Numbered from the stretch's first letter, positions 11,895 to 22,643 are shown. The stretch is 64,000 nucleotides of DNA from Planctomycetota bacterium (GCA_965223545.1 OZ245006.1:1120001-1184000), one strand, 5' to 3'. Program-made: numbers and translations. The notes: generated by a model from the sequence alone, not told the origin.

Positions 11895-12914
11895 ATGCGC
11901 CTTCATCCGACCGTGCGCCTCGCCCCCGTCCTGCTGCTGCTGACCGCCTGTGGAGGCAGCACCGACGTCACGCTGTACGTCGCGCTGGACGAGATGCACA
12001 GCAAGCAGCTGATCGAGCAGTTCACCGCCGAGACCGGGATCCGGGTCAACGCGCGCTTCGACACCGAGGCCTCGAAGACGGTCGGTCTCGTCAGCGCGAT
12101 CGTCGAGGAAGCCGCGCGGCCCCGCTGCGACGTGTTCTGGAACAACGAGCTGGCGCACACCGTCCGCCTGGCGCAGAACGGCCTGCTGGCGGCCTACGCG
12201 TCGCCGGCGGCGGCGACCATCCCGGCGCAGTTCAAGGACGCGGAGCACCACTGGACCGGCTTCGCCGCGCGCGCGCGCATCTTGATCGTCAACACCGAGC
12301 GAATGCCCGACCCCGCGCGGTACCCGACCAGCATGCGGGATCTGCTGCAGCCGCGATTCGCCGGCCAGTGCGCCGTGGCGCGCCCGCTGACCGGCACGAC
12401 GCTGACGCACTTCGCCGCGCTCGAGCACGTGCTCGGCGAAGCCGAGTTCGACCGCTTCGTCGACGGCCTGTTCGCCAACCGGGTGCAGCTGCTGCAGAGC
12501 AACGGCGCGACGATGCGGGCGTGCGCCGAGGGCGCGGTCGCGTTCGCCTTCACCGACACCGACGACTTCCACGTCGCGCTCACCAAGGGCCATCCGGTGG
12601 CGGCGGTGTTCCCCGACCAGGGCGAGGGCGAGATCGGCACGATGCTGATCCCCAACTCGATCGCCCTGGTGAAGGGCGCGCCGCACGCCGAGGCCGGGCG
12701 GCGGCTGATCGACTGGGTGTTGGCGGAGCGGGTCGAGGCGTTGTTGGCGGCCTCCCGCTCGGCGCAGATCCCGGTGCGCGCCTCGGTGCCCGGCCCCGGC
12801 GCACCGCAGATCCTCGGCATCGGCGCATTCCGCGCGATGCGGTGGGACCCGGCGGCCACGGCTGCCGATCTCCAAGGCGCCGCGACGCGGTTCGCGCGTC
12901 GGTTCAGCCAGTGA
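11895..12914 (+). CDS. Fe(III)-type ABC transporter substrate-binding lipoprotein (AfuA/FutA family)
   Basis: Lipobox LTAC, FTAETGIRV, CDVFW, WTGFAARARILIVN, TDTDD and VFPDQG. Confidence 0.85.
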   Translation: MRLHPTVRLAPVLLLLTACGGSTDVTLYVALDEMHSKQLIEQFTAETGIRVNARFDTEASKTVGLVSAIVEEAARPRCDVFWNNELAHTVRLAQNGLLAAYASPAAATIPAQFKDAEHHWTGFAARARILIVNTERMPDPARYPTSMRDLLQPRFAGQCAVARPLTGTTLTHFAALEHVLGEAEFDRFVDGLFANRVQLLQSNGATMRACAEGAVAFAFTDTDDFHVALTKGHPVAAVFPDQGEGEIGTMLIPNSIALVKGAPHAEAGRRLIDWVLAERVEALLAASRSAQIPVRASVPGPGAPQILGIGAFRAMRWDPAATAADLQGAATRFARRFSQ

Positions 12915-14518
12915 GCCGGAACGCCGTGGCACGCCTTTGGCCGCTGTGGTGCGCGCTCGGCTTCGTCGCGGTCTTCGTCATCGCGCCGCTCGCGCTCCTG
13001 CTGGCGCAAACCGCGCTCGACGACGGCGGCTTCTCGCTCGACGCCTACCGGCAGATCCTGGCCGAGCCGAACGACCGCCGCCAGCTGCTCGCCTCGCTGC
13101 TGCTGGCGACCACCGCCACCGCGGTCGCGTGCGCGCTCGGCTTCGGCCACGCCTGGTGCACCTACCGCACCGACGTGCCCCTCGGCCGCTGGCTCGGCCC
13201 ACTCGGCGTCGCGCCGCTGGTGCTGCCGCCGATCCTGATCGCGATGGGCTTCGCCGACCTCGCCGACGTCGCCGGCTTCTGGCCGTGCGCGGTGCTACTC
13301 GGCATCTGCTACGCGCCCTTCGTCGCGGTGATGACCGCGCGCGGTCTGCGCAGCGTCGACGGGCGCAGCTACGAGGCCGCGCTGCTCGCCCGCGGGCGCG
13401 GCCCGGCCGATCGGATGCTGCTGCGCATGGTCCTGCCCGAGGTCGCCGCCGGCTGCCTGTTCGCGTTTCTGTTCGTGATCTCCGAGCACGGCGTGCCCGA
13501 GTTCCTCACCGTCAAGGGCAAGACCTGGCACACCTACGCCGAGGGGATCTTCGCGCGTTGGACCCGGCGCGCCACCGGCGTCGAGCACGCGGACCTGATG
13601 AGCCCGATCGTCACCGCGGTGCCGCTGGTTTGCATCATCCTGGTGGCGCTGGCGGCGGCGCTCCGGTTGCGGGCACACACCACGGTGGGCGGCGACTTCC
13701 GCCCCCTCCCGCTGCGGCGGTTCGGCGCGGCGCGCGCCCCCGCGCTCGGCTGGTGCCTGCTGTACCTCGGCGCCGGCGTCGGCCTGCCGCTGGTCGTCAT
13801 GGCGCGCTGGGCGGCCGGTTCGACCGCCGCCGCGCCGATGTCGATCGACACCCTGCGCGCCAGCTTTCGCGGCGCCCTCGCCGAGGACGGCACCGACCTC
13901 GCCTACACCGCGGCGATCGCCGCCGCCGCCGCGCTCACCGTCGCCCTGGTCGCGCTGCCGCTGGCGCGGCGCGCGGCGCGCGGTGTGCGCGGCATCGAGG
14001 CGCTCAGCGCCCTGCCGCTGGCGGTGCCGGCAGTCGTGCTCGCCATCGGCATGGTGGCGCTGTTCAACAACCCCACCGCCGCCCGCGTCTACGCGGTCAC
14101 CGGCGACTTCTACGACTCGTGGGGCATTCTGGTGGCCGCCTATGCCGCCCGGCTGCTGCCGTTCGGTGTGCTGACGTTGGCGCACGCGCAGCGCCGGCTG
14201 GCGCCGAGCCTCGAGGACGCCGCCCGGCTCACCGGGCGCGGCCGATGGGCGATCGCGCGGCGCATCCACCTGCCCTTGGTCGCGCCAGCGCTCGCCTCGA
14301 TGGCGTGCCTGGTCTTCATCCTCGGCATGCGCGAGCTGGACACCGCGGTCGTGCTGCCGGCCGGCAACGGCACCGTGCCGCGCCGGCTGTCCAACATCGT
14401 CCACTTCGGCGGCGAGGAGGCCGGCGGCGCGCTCGCGTTGCTGGCGCTCGGAGTTGCCATCCTGGTGCCGGCCGTCGTGGTCGTCGTCACGGGCCGTAAG
14501 CTGCAATCCCTGTCATGA
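12911..14518 (+). CDS. Fe(III)-type ABC transporter permease (FbpB-like, two TM repeats)
   Basis: Two EAA-type loops (YEAALLARG, LEDAARLTG); GTGA overlap with the upstream stop. Confidence 0.85.
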   Translation: MSRNAVARLWPLWCALGFVAVFVIAPLALLLAQTALDDGGFSLDAYRQILAEPNDRRQLLASLLLATTATAVACALGFGHAWCTYRTDVPLGRWLGPLGVAPLVLPPILIAMGFADLADVAGFWPCAVLLGICYAPFVAVMTARGLRSVDGRSYEAALLARGRGPADRMLLRMVLPEVAAGCLFAFLFVISEHGVPEFLTVKGKTWHTYAEGIFARWTRRATGVEHADLMSPIVTAVPLVCIILVALAAALRLRAHTTVGGDFRPLPLRRFGAARAPALGWCLLYLGAGVGLPLVVMARWAAGSTAAAPMSIDTLRASFRGALAEDGTDLAYTAAIAAAAALTVALVALPLARRAARGVRGIEALSALPLAVPAVVLAIGMVALFNNPTAARVYAVTGDFYDSWGILVAAYAARLLPFGVLTLAHAQRRLAPSLEDAARLTGRGRWAIARRIHLPLVAPALASMACLVFILGMRELDTAVVLPAGNGTVPRRLSNIVHFGGEEAGGALALLALGVAILVPAVVVVVTGRKLQSLS

Positions 14519-15528
14519 ACATCGAGCTCCACGACGTCGCCCTGCAACGCCGCGGCTTCGGCCTCGGGCCGCTCTCGTTGCGGATCCCCGCCGGCGGCAG
14601 GGCAGCGGTCATCGGCCCGTCCGGCTGCGGCAAGACCAGCCTGCTGCGCTGTATCGCCGGCCTCGAGTCGCCGAGCGGCCGCGTCGAGCTCGGCGGGCGC
14701 ACCGTGAGTGGCGACGGCACCAACGTCGCGGCGGGCGACCGCGGCATCGGCTTCGTGTTCCAAGACGGAGGCCTTTGGCCGCATCTCGACGCGGTGGAGC
14801 ACGTGCGCTTCGCCGCTCCACGGCTGGACGTCAAAGCGGCGCGCCGGCAGCTGGCGCAAGTCGGCATCGAGCACCTCGCCGGGCGCCGGCCCAACGCGAT
14901 GTCGGGCGGCGAGCGCCAGCGGCTGGCGCTGGCGCGCGCCCTGGCCGGCGAGCCCCGCGCCTTGCTGCTGGACGAACCACTGCAAGCGGTCGACGTCCAT
15001 CTGCGCGACAGCCTGCGGATGCTGATCCGCGACCTGGCGACCGAGCGCGGACTGACCACCGTCTTGGTCACGCACGACCGCGAGGACGCGCTGGCGGTCG
15101 CCGACGACCTCTTCATCCTGCACGGCGGACAGCTGGTCGAGCACGGCGACGCCGCGGCCCTGCTGGCCGCCCCGGCGAGCGCCTGGACCGCGGAGTTCCT
15201 CTGCGGCGCCGCATGCTTCCCGGTCACCGCCCGCGGCGACGGCGACGTCGACACCCTGTTCGGGCGATGCCCGGCGCCACCGACCCCCGACGCCGAGCTC
15301 GTCGTGCTCGGCCACGACCTGTCGCTCTCGCCGGCGACCAACGGCGCCCCGCGCGCGCGGATCCTGCAGCAGCTGCCCACCGAGCGCGGCCTGCTGGCGA
15401 CCATCGAGCTCGGCGGTCGCACGCTGCACGTCGCCTGCCCCGAGTCCCTGCGCGGGGCCACCGACGCCGGGGTCGCGCTGCGCAACCCGCCGCGGCTGCT
15501 GCCGCGCCACGCCGAGGTGCGGCCATGA
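14515..15528 (+). CDS. ABC transporter ATP-binding subunit (FbpC-like)
   Basis: GPSGCGKT, MSGGERQR, LLLDEP and VTHD. Confidence 0.9.
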   Translation: MNIELHDVALQRRGFGLGPLSLRIPAGGRAAVIGPSGCGKTSLLRCIAGLESPSGRVELGGRTVSGDGTNVAAGDRGIGFVFQDGGLWPHLDAVEHVRFAAPRLDVKAARRQLAQVGIEHLAGRRPNAMSGGERQRLALARALAGEPRALLLDEPLQAVDVHLRDSLRMLIRDLATERGLTTVLVTHDREDALAVADDLFILHGGQLVEHGDAAALLAAPASAWTAEFLCGAACFPVTARGDGDVDTLFGRCPAPPTPDAELVVLGHDLSLSPATNGAPRARILQQLPTERGLLATIELGGRTLHVACPESLRGATDAGVALRNPPRLLPRHAEVRP

Positions 15529-16487
15529 GCGGCGTCGCCCGCGCCGGTGCGGCCCTGCTGCTGGCCTCGGCCATCGCCGCCTTCGTGTGGTTCGTCGCCG
15601 GCGACGAGCAACCGAGTGGCGCCGACGCGCCGCGCTGGCACAGCGCGGCCCAATGCGCCGATTGCCATCGCGAGGTGTACGACGAGTGGCACGACTCACA
15701 CCACCAGATCGCGTTTCTCAACCCCGAGGTGCGCAAGCTCAGCGACGACTTCCGCAACAAGGAGTGCCAGGCGTGCCACCTGCCGCGGCCGGTATCGCTG
15801 ACGGGCTACGAGCAGCGCACGCTGCCGCGCATGACCGAGCCGGACGAGGGCATCAGCTGCATCACCTGCCATCTCGGCGCCGACGGCGGCATCCTCGCGC
15901 GGCACGACCGACCGGATGCGCCGTGCGCGCCGCGCGCCGATGACGCGTTCACGACCGAGCGCATGTGCGCCAGCTGCCACAACCAGCACAAGACGACGGA
16001 CCAGTGGCGCGCAAGCGGCTACGCGTTCGACGGCGTCGGCTGCAACGACTGCCACATGCCCGAGCGCACGCGAATCAGCGGACGCATCGGCCGCTTCCAC
16101 GGTTATCCGGGCGCGCACGACGTCGACATGCTGCGGGCGGCGGCGACGTTCACCGTCGAGAAGGGCGAGGGCGAGCTGCGCGTCGCGGTGACCAACAGCG
16201 GCGCGGGACACAACTTTCCCACCGAGGAACGGCACCGGGCGGTCGACGTGGTCGTGCGTTTCGACGACGGCGAGTGGAACCAGGTGTACCGCCTCCGCCA
16301 GCCCTACCGCGACGAGGTCGGCGAGGACACCCAGCTGCCGGCCGGCGAGACGGTGACCATCCCAGTGCCGATCCCGCCGGGCAGCGAACGCGCCACGGCG
16401 CGGCTCTGGTACCGGCTGACGCCGTACATCGGCGATGACGACCCGCGCAGCACGCTGCTGTTCGAACGCGAGGTGACGCTGCGGTGA
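15525..16487 (+). CDS. Multiheme (5 x CXXCH) cytochrome c, c554-like, with an N-terminal membrane anchor and C-terminal beta domain
   Basis: CADCH, CQACH, CITCH, CASCH, CNDCH and NSGAGHNFPT; ATGA overlap with the upstream stop. Confidence 0.9.
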   Translation: MSGVARAGAALLLASAIAAFVWFVAGDEQPSGADAPRWHSAAQCADCHREVYDEWHDSHHQIAFLNPEVRKLSDDFRNKECQACHLPRPVSLTGYEQRTLPRMTEPDEGISCITCHLGADGGILARHDRPDAPCAPRADDAFTTERMCASCHNQHKTTDQWRASGYAFDGVGCNDCHMPERTRISGRIGRFHGYPGAHDVDMLRAAATFTVEKGEGELRVAVTNSGAGHNFPTEERHRAVDVVVRFDDGEWNQVYRLRQPYRDEVGEDTQLPAGETVTIPVPIPPGSERATARLWYRLTPYIGDDDPRSTLLFEREVTLR

Positions 16488-17734
16488 GTGGTCGTCCGGG
16501 CCTCCGCACCGCGACCGCAGCAATGGCGGGTCTGCTCGTCGCCGGGTGCGGCGACGAGCCACACCCCCCGCCTAGACCTCCGTTGGTATTGCAGCCGCGC
16601 GCGGACGAGCTCGAGGCCATCGCGCGGGGCGCGCCGGCGGAGGCCGCGGCCGAAGGCGACCGCGAGCTGCACGACCTGGTCGACGCGGCGTTCCTGCCGG
16701 GGGTTGCCACGCCGCGGCTGGCGGCCAGCGCGAAGCGCACTCTGCTGGAGCACTCCAGCGCCGCGCGCGCGCTCGAAGGCGCGCTCGGACACGACGACGC
16801 GACCGTGCGCAGCCATGCCGCCTACGAGCTCGGCCTGCGCGGCGCGCAGTCGGCGCAGCTGCCGTTGTTGCACCGGCTGCGCTACGAGACCGACGATGGG
16901 GTGCGCATCTGGCTCGCCAGCGCGCTGGCCCAGCTGGGCAACGACGCCGCGCTGCCGGTGCTGATCGAGGCGATGGACGACGGCCAGCTGGCACCGGTCG
17001 CGGGCGCGCGCGCCATCGAGCGGTGTCGGGCCGCCGGCGTGCCGCTCGCCGACGAGCCCACCTACGCCAGCCTGCGCGCGGAGTTGGCGCGCCTCCACCG
17101 GCACTGGGTCGAGCACGGCCACCCCGGCACCGATCCAGCGGTCTTGCAAGAGGACACCGCGGGCCGCATCGCGCAGCGACTGCTCGGCCTGCGCGCGTTC
17201 CAGCTGCGGGGGGTCGACGAAGCGCGCTACGTGTTGGCGCGACTCGGCACGCTGCCGCTGCCGCTGTTGCGCACGGCCCTGTCGGCCGAGGAGCGTTACC
17301 TGCGCGTCCACGCGCTGGAGATCGTCAGCACCATCGGCCACCCGGCCCGGCCACTCGCCGACGCGGTGTTGCCGCTGCTCGACGATCCACTGGCCAAGGG
17401 ACAGGCCGCACAATGCCTGGGTGCGTTGGGCGCGACGCGCGCGATCCCGCATCTGCGCGCGCTGCTCGAGACCCCCGACGTCGAGCTCCGTGCCGCCGCC
17501 GCCGGCGCCCTCGGTCCGCTCGGTGACCGCGCCTCCGCCCCCGCGCTGCAGGGTCTCCTCGACGACGAACGCCAACCGATGGACGTGCGTGTCATGGCCG
17601 CCTTCAGCCTGGGCTGGTTCGAGCTCGATCGGCCGGCGCTCGGCTTCCTGCGGGATCTGGAGCAGCGCGACGGCTATCACGCGCCCACGCTGCGGGCGCT
17701 GATCGACGCGCTGGACGCGGCGAGCCGCCGCTGA
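16484..17734 (+). CDS. HEAT-repeat lipoprotein
   Basis: Lipobox VAGC; repeated VR-x-x-AA-x-x-LG units. Confidence 0.8.
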   Translation: MSGRPGLRTATAAMAGLLVAGCGDEPHPPPRPPLVLQPRADELEAIARGAPAEAAAEGDRELHDLVDAAFLPGVATPRLAASAKRTLLEHSSAARALEGALGHDDATVRSHAAYELGLRGAQSAQLPLLHRLRYETDDGVRIWLASALAQLGNDAALPVLIEAMDDGQLAPVAGARAIERCRAAGVPLADEPTYASLRAELARLHRHWVEHGHPGTDPAVLQEDTAGRIAQRLLGLRAFQLRGVDEARYVLARLGTLPLPLLRTALSAEERYLRVHALEIVSTIGHPARPLADAVLPLLDDPLAKGQAAQCLGALGATRAIPHLRALLETPDVELRAAAAGALGPLGDRASAPALQGLLDDERQPMDVRVMAAFSLGWFELDRPALGFLRDLEQRDGYHAPTLRALIDALDAASRR

Positions 17735-17785
17735 CCCCCACCGCGACGTTGCAGTCGCTCGACCACTGCGCAGCGCTACGCGCAG

Positions 17786-18940
17786 TTGCTAAGCTATCCC
17801 GACGTGAAGTCAAGCAAGGGTTACGCCCTGGTGACGTCGGCCGTCCTCGGTGCCTTTGCCATCGGCGCGCTGCTACAGCGGCTGGGGGGCTGGCCGTTTC
17901 CCGGTCATGCCGGGCCTCGGCTCGAGTTCTTGGGCACGCTCGCCGATCCAACGCGCACGGCACGCGGCCGGTTCTTCGTGCCGAAGGTGGCCCGCGGCAA
18001 GAAGGACCTGCTGCGGTGGCATCCCGTCGCCGGCCACGTCTACGTGCCGCACGCGCGGCTCGAGTGGGACTGGCCGGAGTACGAGCGTGGCACGATGCAC
18101 CGCCGGATCAACAACCTGGGATTCTGCCGCGACACGGCGGTCACCCTCGACCGTCCGGCCGACACCTATCGCGTCTTGGTGACCGGCGACTCGCACGTCG
18201 CGGGCTTCGTCGACAACGATCACAACTTCTGCCACTTGCTCGAGCAGAAGCTGACCGCCGCGACCGGCCGCCGCTACGAAGTCCTCAACGCCGGAGTCAT
18301 CGCCAGCGGCCCACACAACTACGCGGGTCAGATCGAGCGTCACTACGACATGGAGCTGGACTGCGTGTTGGTCGTCGTCTACGGCGGCAACGATTTTCTC
18401 AACGCCTGCTCGACCGCGGCCGTGCGCGGCACGTTGACCTATCCGGAGCGCAGCCCGGAAGAGCTCGACGCGATCGAGCGCGCGACTGACTACACGCCGG
18501 TGCAGCAGGGCGCGAACCAGGCGTTCCTGTTCGGGCGCTATCCGGACCTGCGCGACCGCGTCGAGGCCGAGGTCCGCGACCAGATCCGCTGGATCCGCAC
18601 CCTAACCCATCGCTCGAATCTCGAGCTGGTGATCGCCCTGCTGCCGACCAAGGACGAGGTCGAATGGCCACGGATGACCGAGGATGCGCTCCGCGCTGCC
18701 TACGCAGTGACCGTCGATCCCCTGGGAATGCGCGCGGACGAGCTGCGCGTCAACCGCGAAATGACCGTGCGGCTGCGCGACTGGCTCGCAGAAGCCGACT
18801 TCCGCGCCATCGACCTGCACGACCCACTGACCCGCGCCGGCGGCAAGCTGTTCTGGGACACGGACTATCACCTCGCCACCGCCGGCCACCGCGCCGTGGC
18901 CGAGGCGCTGGTCGAGCCGATCCTCGACGTCAGTCGTTGA
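17786..18940 (+). CDS. SGNH/GDSL hydrolase-family membrane-anchored protein
   Basis: VTGDS, VLNAG, GGND and DYH blocks; N-terminal TM helix. Confidence 0.8.
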   Translation: MLSYPDVKSSKGYALVTSAVLGAFAIGALLQRLGGWPFPGHAGPRLEFLGTLADPTRTARGRFFVPKVARGKKDLLRWHPVAGHVYVPHARLEWDWPEYERGTMHRRINNLGFCRDTAVTLDRPADTYRVLVTGDSHVAGFVDNDHNFCHLLEQKLTAATGRRYEVLNAGVIASGPHNYAGQIERHYDMELDCVLVVVYGGNDFLNACSTAAVRGTLTYPERSPEELDAIERATDYTPVQQGANQAFLFGRYPDLRDRVEAEVRDQIRWIRTLTHRSNLELVIALLPTKDEVEWPRMTEDALRAAYAVTVDPLGMRADELRVNREMTVRLRDWLAEADFRAIDLHDPLTRAGGKLFWDTDYHLATAGHRAVAEALVEPILDVSR

Positions 18941-18970
18941 CCGGCTTCTTGGCGGGCGTCGCGGCCACCG

Positions 18971-19933
18971 TCACTTCTGCCCGCGCGCGCGCAGCCGCGC
19001 GCGGCTCTCGCGCGTGTGCTGATACACGCCGCGCGCATCGGTCGCGACCAGCACCCCCTGACGCAGCCAAGTCGCGATGGTGCCCGCCGGAACTCCGCGC
19101 TCGAGAAGCTGCGCGCGCGTGATCCGCGCCGCCGCACGCCGCGCGCCGCGCTTCGCCGCGGACTTCCGGCGTCCCTTGCCCGCACGACGGCCGGCGGCTG
19201 GCGCCTGCTCCAGCGCGCCGTCCCAGTCGATGGTGATGCCGAAGACGGCTTCGAGGTCCGCATCGAGATTGGGATCGCGCGCTTTGCCGGACTCCGGCGC
19301 TGCTGGCGCCGCGTGGGCGATCAGCTCGGCCGGAGACACGCCGCGCAGCGTGAACAACAGCTCGGGCTGCTCGTCGAGGCGCGCACCGACGCCGTACAGC
19401 ACGGCTGCCAGGTGCTTGCACAGATGCGCCCAATCGGGACACGTGCAGGTCATTTCGACGTGGGCCAAGTCGGGCAGCAAGCCGGCCCGCGGCTCGACCA
19501 TCGCCTTCATCACCTCATCGGCGAGCCGCCCCTCGAGCAGCTCGACCAACGAGCGGACTCCGCCCGCGCATCGACTGACGATGTCGCGCCAGCGCCGCGC
19601 CGGACACGGCGCGATCTCGATCGCCTGGGAGTAGAGCGTCGAGCCCATGACCGAGGCCTTGATCGCGCCGACCTCGATCGACAGGTCGATCACCGACCCG
19701 TTGCGCACGTAGGTGCGCCCGCGCGGCAGGCGGTTGGCGAAGTCGTGGAACGACTCGATGTGCCGGCACCAGGTCTTGCCCCAAAAGGAGTACGCGATCT
19801 TCTTGCCGACGCTCACCGGGGACAGCGGCCGCCCCAGCTGCTTGGCATAGTAGGCCTCGCGGGCCGAGGCCCAGCGCCGCTGCTCGACCGGTACGTAGCG
19901 ACCGAACTTCCGACCTCCGCGGCGGCTAGCCAT
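18971..19933 (-). CDS. SWIM zinc-finger protein
   Basis: NRLPRGRTY, CTCPDW-x3-CKH and LFTLRG; overlaps the SNF2 stop. Confidence 0.9.
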   Translation of the reverse strand: MASRRGGRKFGRYVPVEQRRWASAREAYYAKQLGRPLSPVSVGKKIAYSFWGKTWCRHIESFHDFANRLPRGRTYVRNGSVIDLSIEVGAIKASVMGSTLYSQAIEIAPCPARRWRDIVSRCAGGVRSLVELLEGRLADEVMKAMVEPRAGLLPDLAHVEMTCTCPDWAHLCKHLAAVLYGVGARLDEQPELLFTLRGVSPAELIAHAAPAAPESGKARDPNLDADLEAVFGITIDWDGALEQAPAAGRRAGKGRRKSAAKRGARRAAARITRAQLLERGVPAGTIATWLRQGVLVATDARGVYQHTRESRARLRARGQK

Positions 19934-22643
19934 CGCCGAGGCTCGCCTTGCGGTGATCGAGGGCCAGCAGCGCGAGCAGCTCGTCGCTGTCGAGCTCGGT
20001 CAGCGCCTGCTCGGCGCCGCCGCTGACCAGGACCTCGCGCGCCAACGCCTGCTTGCCGTGGATCATCGCATCGATCCGCTCTTCGATGGTCCCGCGGCAA
20101 ACCATCTTGTGGACGACGACCGGTTGCCGTTGGCCGATGCGAAAGGCGCGGTCGGTGGCCTGATCCTCGACTGCCGGGTTCCACCACCGATCGAAGTGCA
20201 CGACGTGCGCAGCCTGCGTCAGATTGAGACCGGTGCCGCCTGCACGCAGTGACAACACGAAGAACGGCGGCCCCTCGTCGCGCTGGAAGTCCTCCACCAG
20301 CGCGCGCCGCGCGGCGACTCGCGTGCTTCCGTCCAGCGTCAGACCGGGCCGCCCGAAGACCTCTTCGAGATGCCGCGCGAGGGGCGCGACCATCTGGCGG
20401 AACTGGGTGAACACCAAGACCTTCTCCTGGCGCGCGGCGAGCACGCCGGCAATCTCACGCAACCGCGTGAGCTTGCCCGAGTGGCGCGCGTCGTACTGCT
20501 CCTCTTTCAGCCACTGCGAAGGGTGATTGCAGATCTGCTTGAGAGCCAGCAGGGTCGCGAGCACCAACCCCCGACGCGCGATGCCGTCCGCCTCCGTCAG
20601 CTTGCGCTCGAGATCCTTTACCGCGGCCGCATAGAGCGAGGTCTGCCGGCCGCTCAGCCCACAGTGCACCGACATCTCGGTCTTCTCGGGCAGATCGTCG
20701 ATCACCGACCGGTCGGTCTTCATCCGGCGCAAGACATACGGGGCGATCAAGCGGCGCAGCGGCGCATAGCCGAGCCCGGGACTCGCGTCGAGTCGCCGGA
20801 TCCAGTCGGCGAACTGCTTGGCCGAGCCGAGCAGGCCGGGGCACAGGAAATCGAACAGCGACCACAGATCGGCGAGGTGGTTCTCGATCGGCGTGCCCGT
20901 CAACGCGACCCGGCTGCGGCAACGGACGGCCTTGACCGCGCGCGCGCGCTTGGTGCGCGCGTTCTTGATCGCCTGCGCTTCGTCGACGACGACCAGACCG
21001 TACTCGTGCTCGGCCAGCCCGGCGTGGCGCGCAACCGTCTCGTAGGTCGTGATCCTGACGTCGGCTCGCGGCGGCGCCGCCACCGCGTCCCGCAGCTCAG
21101 CGGGGCCAAGCTCGCTGCCGTGCAGGACCTCGACGCGCAGCTTCGGCGCGAAGCGTTCGAGCTCGCTGCTCCAGTTCGCGATCAGCGACGCCGGCACCAC
21201 CAGCAGGTGCGGGCCGCGCTCGCCCTGCGCCCGCAGCGCGAGGATCGCGGCGATGACTTGCACCGTCTTGCCGAGCCCCATGTCGTCGGCCAGACACGCC
21301 CCCAACCCGAGCCGGCTCAACAGAATGACCCAGCGCACGCCATCGCGCTGGTAGGGGCGGAGCTCGCCGGCCAAGCCGGCGATCGGTGCCTCGTCGGCGA
21401 CGGGCGCGCGCAGCTGCCCGAGCAACTCCGCCAACCACGGACCGGCCTCCACCGCCGACCACTCGGCATCGTCGTCGCCGACCGCGGCGGAGTCCTCGGC
21501 CACGCCCCCGACGCCGGCGAGCAGACGCATCCCCTCGCTGAACGACAGCTTGCCGTCCGCGGCCTCGTCGACGATGCGCTCCAGCTGATCGATGGCCTGG
21601 TTGAGCTTCTCGGGATCCACCTCCACCCAGCGCCCGCGCACCAGCCGCAGACCGGCTGGCCCCGAGAGAAGCTCGCCGATCTCGTCGGGGTCGAGCACTT
21701 CTCCGCCGAGCTGCAGGTCGATGCCGAAATCGAGCATCGCGTCGAGGCCGATGCCCGAGCACCGCTCGACGCCCAGCGTCAGCCGCGCCTGCGGCCGCGC
21801 ACGCCGGCCGCGCCACCAGTCGGGGACGCGGACGATCACGCCGCTCGCCTCGCAATCCGGCACCGCGTTGAGGAACTCCCAGGCCTGCGCGGCGGTCCAC
21901 GCCACCGGGCGGTAGATCTCGTCCGTCTGCACGAGCCGGTCGATGACCGCGCTGCGCCGCGCCGCGGCGTCGACGGGTCGCAGCATGTGGAGCAGGGCGT
22001 CTCGATCACCCTTCGCGCGATGCACGGCACGGCCGAGCGGCACGTGCACGAGCGCACCGCGGCGGTCGACGCCGCCGACGTAGGTGGCGAGGAACGCGAA
22101 CGGCCACAGGGGATTCGACTTCTGCTCCGCCAGGTGGAACACGACCCGACCCGCACCGTGCCATGCGCGGTTTTGGCGCTGCAGGAACTCGTGCACGGTC
22201 TCCCCGGTTTCGCCCAACGCCGCGCGCACGTAACCGTGCAAAGCCCGCCAGCTGTCCGCCAGGCCGTCGGCGGTCAGGTACTCGGCGCCGCGCATGGGCG
22301 GTGCACGCTCGACCAACCCGGCCAACGCGCCAGCTGGCGGCGGCAGCTCCTCCTCGAGCTCTGTGCGCCGCGCGAGGCACAGGACGTACTCGGTACTCAG
22401 CTGGCGGCCGAACGCCAGCGTCGCCGGCAGCTCGGTCTTCAGCTCGCGGCCGGCGAGGTGCAGCAACCCCGCCCCGAGGCCCTCGTCGAACGCCTTGCGG
22501 ATTCGACCCGCCGCGGCCGCCGACAAGGAGCCAGGAGCCGCCGCGCTCTCGAGGCGCAGCGCCCCCGCCGGCGTAACCACGAGCTCGACCCCGGCGCGCG
22601 CGCCGGTGCCGGTCGCGGGGCGAGATCGACTCGTGGCGGGCAT
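19926..22643 (-). CDS. SNF2-family DEAD/DEAH-box helicase-like ATPase
   Basis: LRPYQ, LADDMGLGKT, DEAQ, LTGTPIEN, GGTGLNL, DRWWNPAVEDQATDRAFRIGQ. The start is uncertain (22643 or 22691). Confidence 0.93.
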   Translation of the reverse strand: MPATSRSRPATGTGARAGVELVVTPAGALRLESAAAPGSLSAAAAGRIRKAFDEGLGAGLLHLAGRELKTELPATLAFGRQLSTEYVLCLARRTELEEELPPPAGALAGLVERAPPMRGAEYLTADGLADSWRALHGYVRAALGETGETVHEFLQRQNRAWHGAGRVVFHLAEQKSNPLWPFAFLATYVGGVDRRGALVHVPLGRAVHRAKGDRDALLHMLRPVDAAARRSAVIDRLVQTDEIYRPVAWTAAQAWEFLNAVPDCEASGVIVRVPDWWRGRRARPQARLTLGVERCSGIGLDAMLDFGIDLQLGGEVLDPDEIGELLSGPAGLRLVRGRWVEVDPEKLNQAIDQLERIVDEAADGKLSFSEGMRLLAGVGGVAEDSAAVGDDDAEWSAVEAGPWLAELLGQLRAPVADEAPIAGLAGELRPYQRDGVRWVILLSRLGLGACLADDMGLGKTVQVIAAILALRAQGERGPHLLVVPASLIANWSSELERFAPKLRVEVLHGSELGPAELRDAVAAPPRADVRITTYETVARHAGLAEHEYGLVVVDEAQAIKNARTKRARAVKAVRCRSRVALTGTPIENHLADLWSLFDFLCPGLLGSAKQFADWIRRLDASPGLGYAPLRRLIAPYVLRRMKTDRSVIDDLPEKTEMSVHCGLSGRQTSLYAAAVKDLERKLTEADGIARRGLVLATLLALKQICNHPSQWLKEEQYDARHSGKLTRLREIAGVLAARQEKVLVFTQFRQMVAPLARHLEEVFGRPGLTLDGSTRVAARRALVEDFQRDEGPPFFVLSLRAGGTGLNLTQAAHVVHFDRWWNPAVEDQATDRAFRIGQRQPVVVHKMVCRGTIEERIDAMIHGKQALAREVLVSGGAEQALTELDSDELLALLALDHRKASLGDG

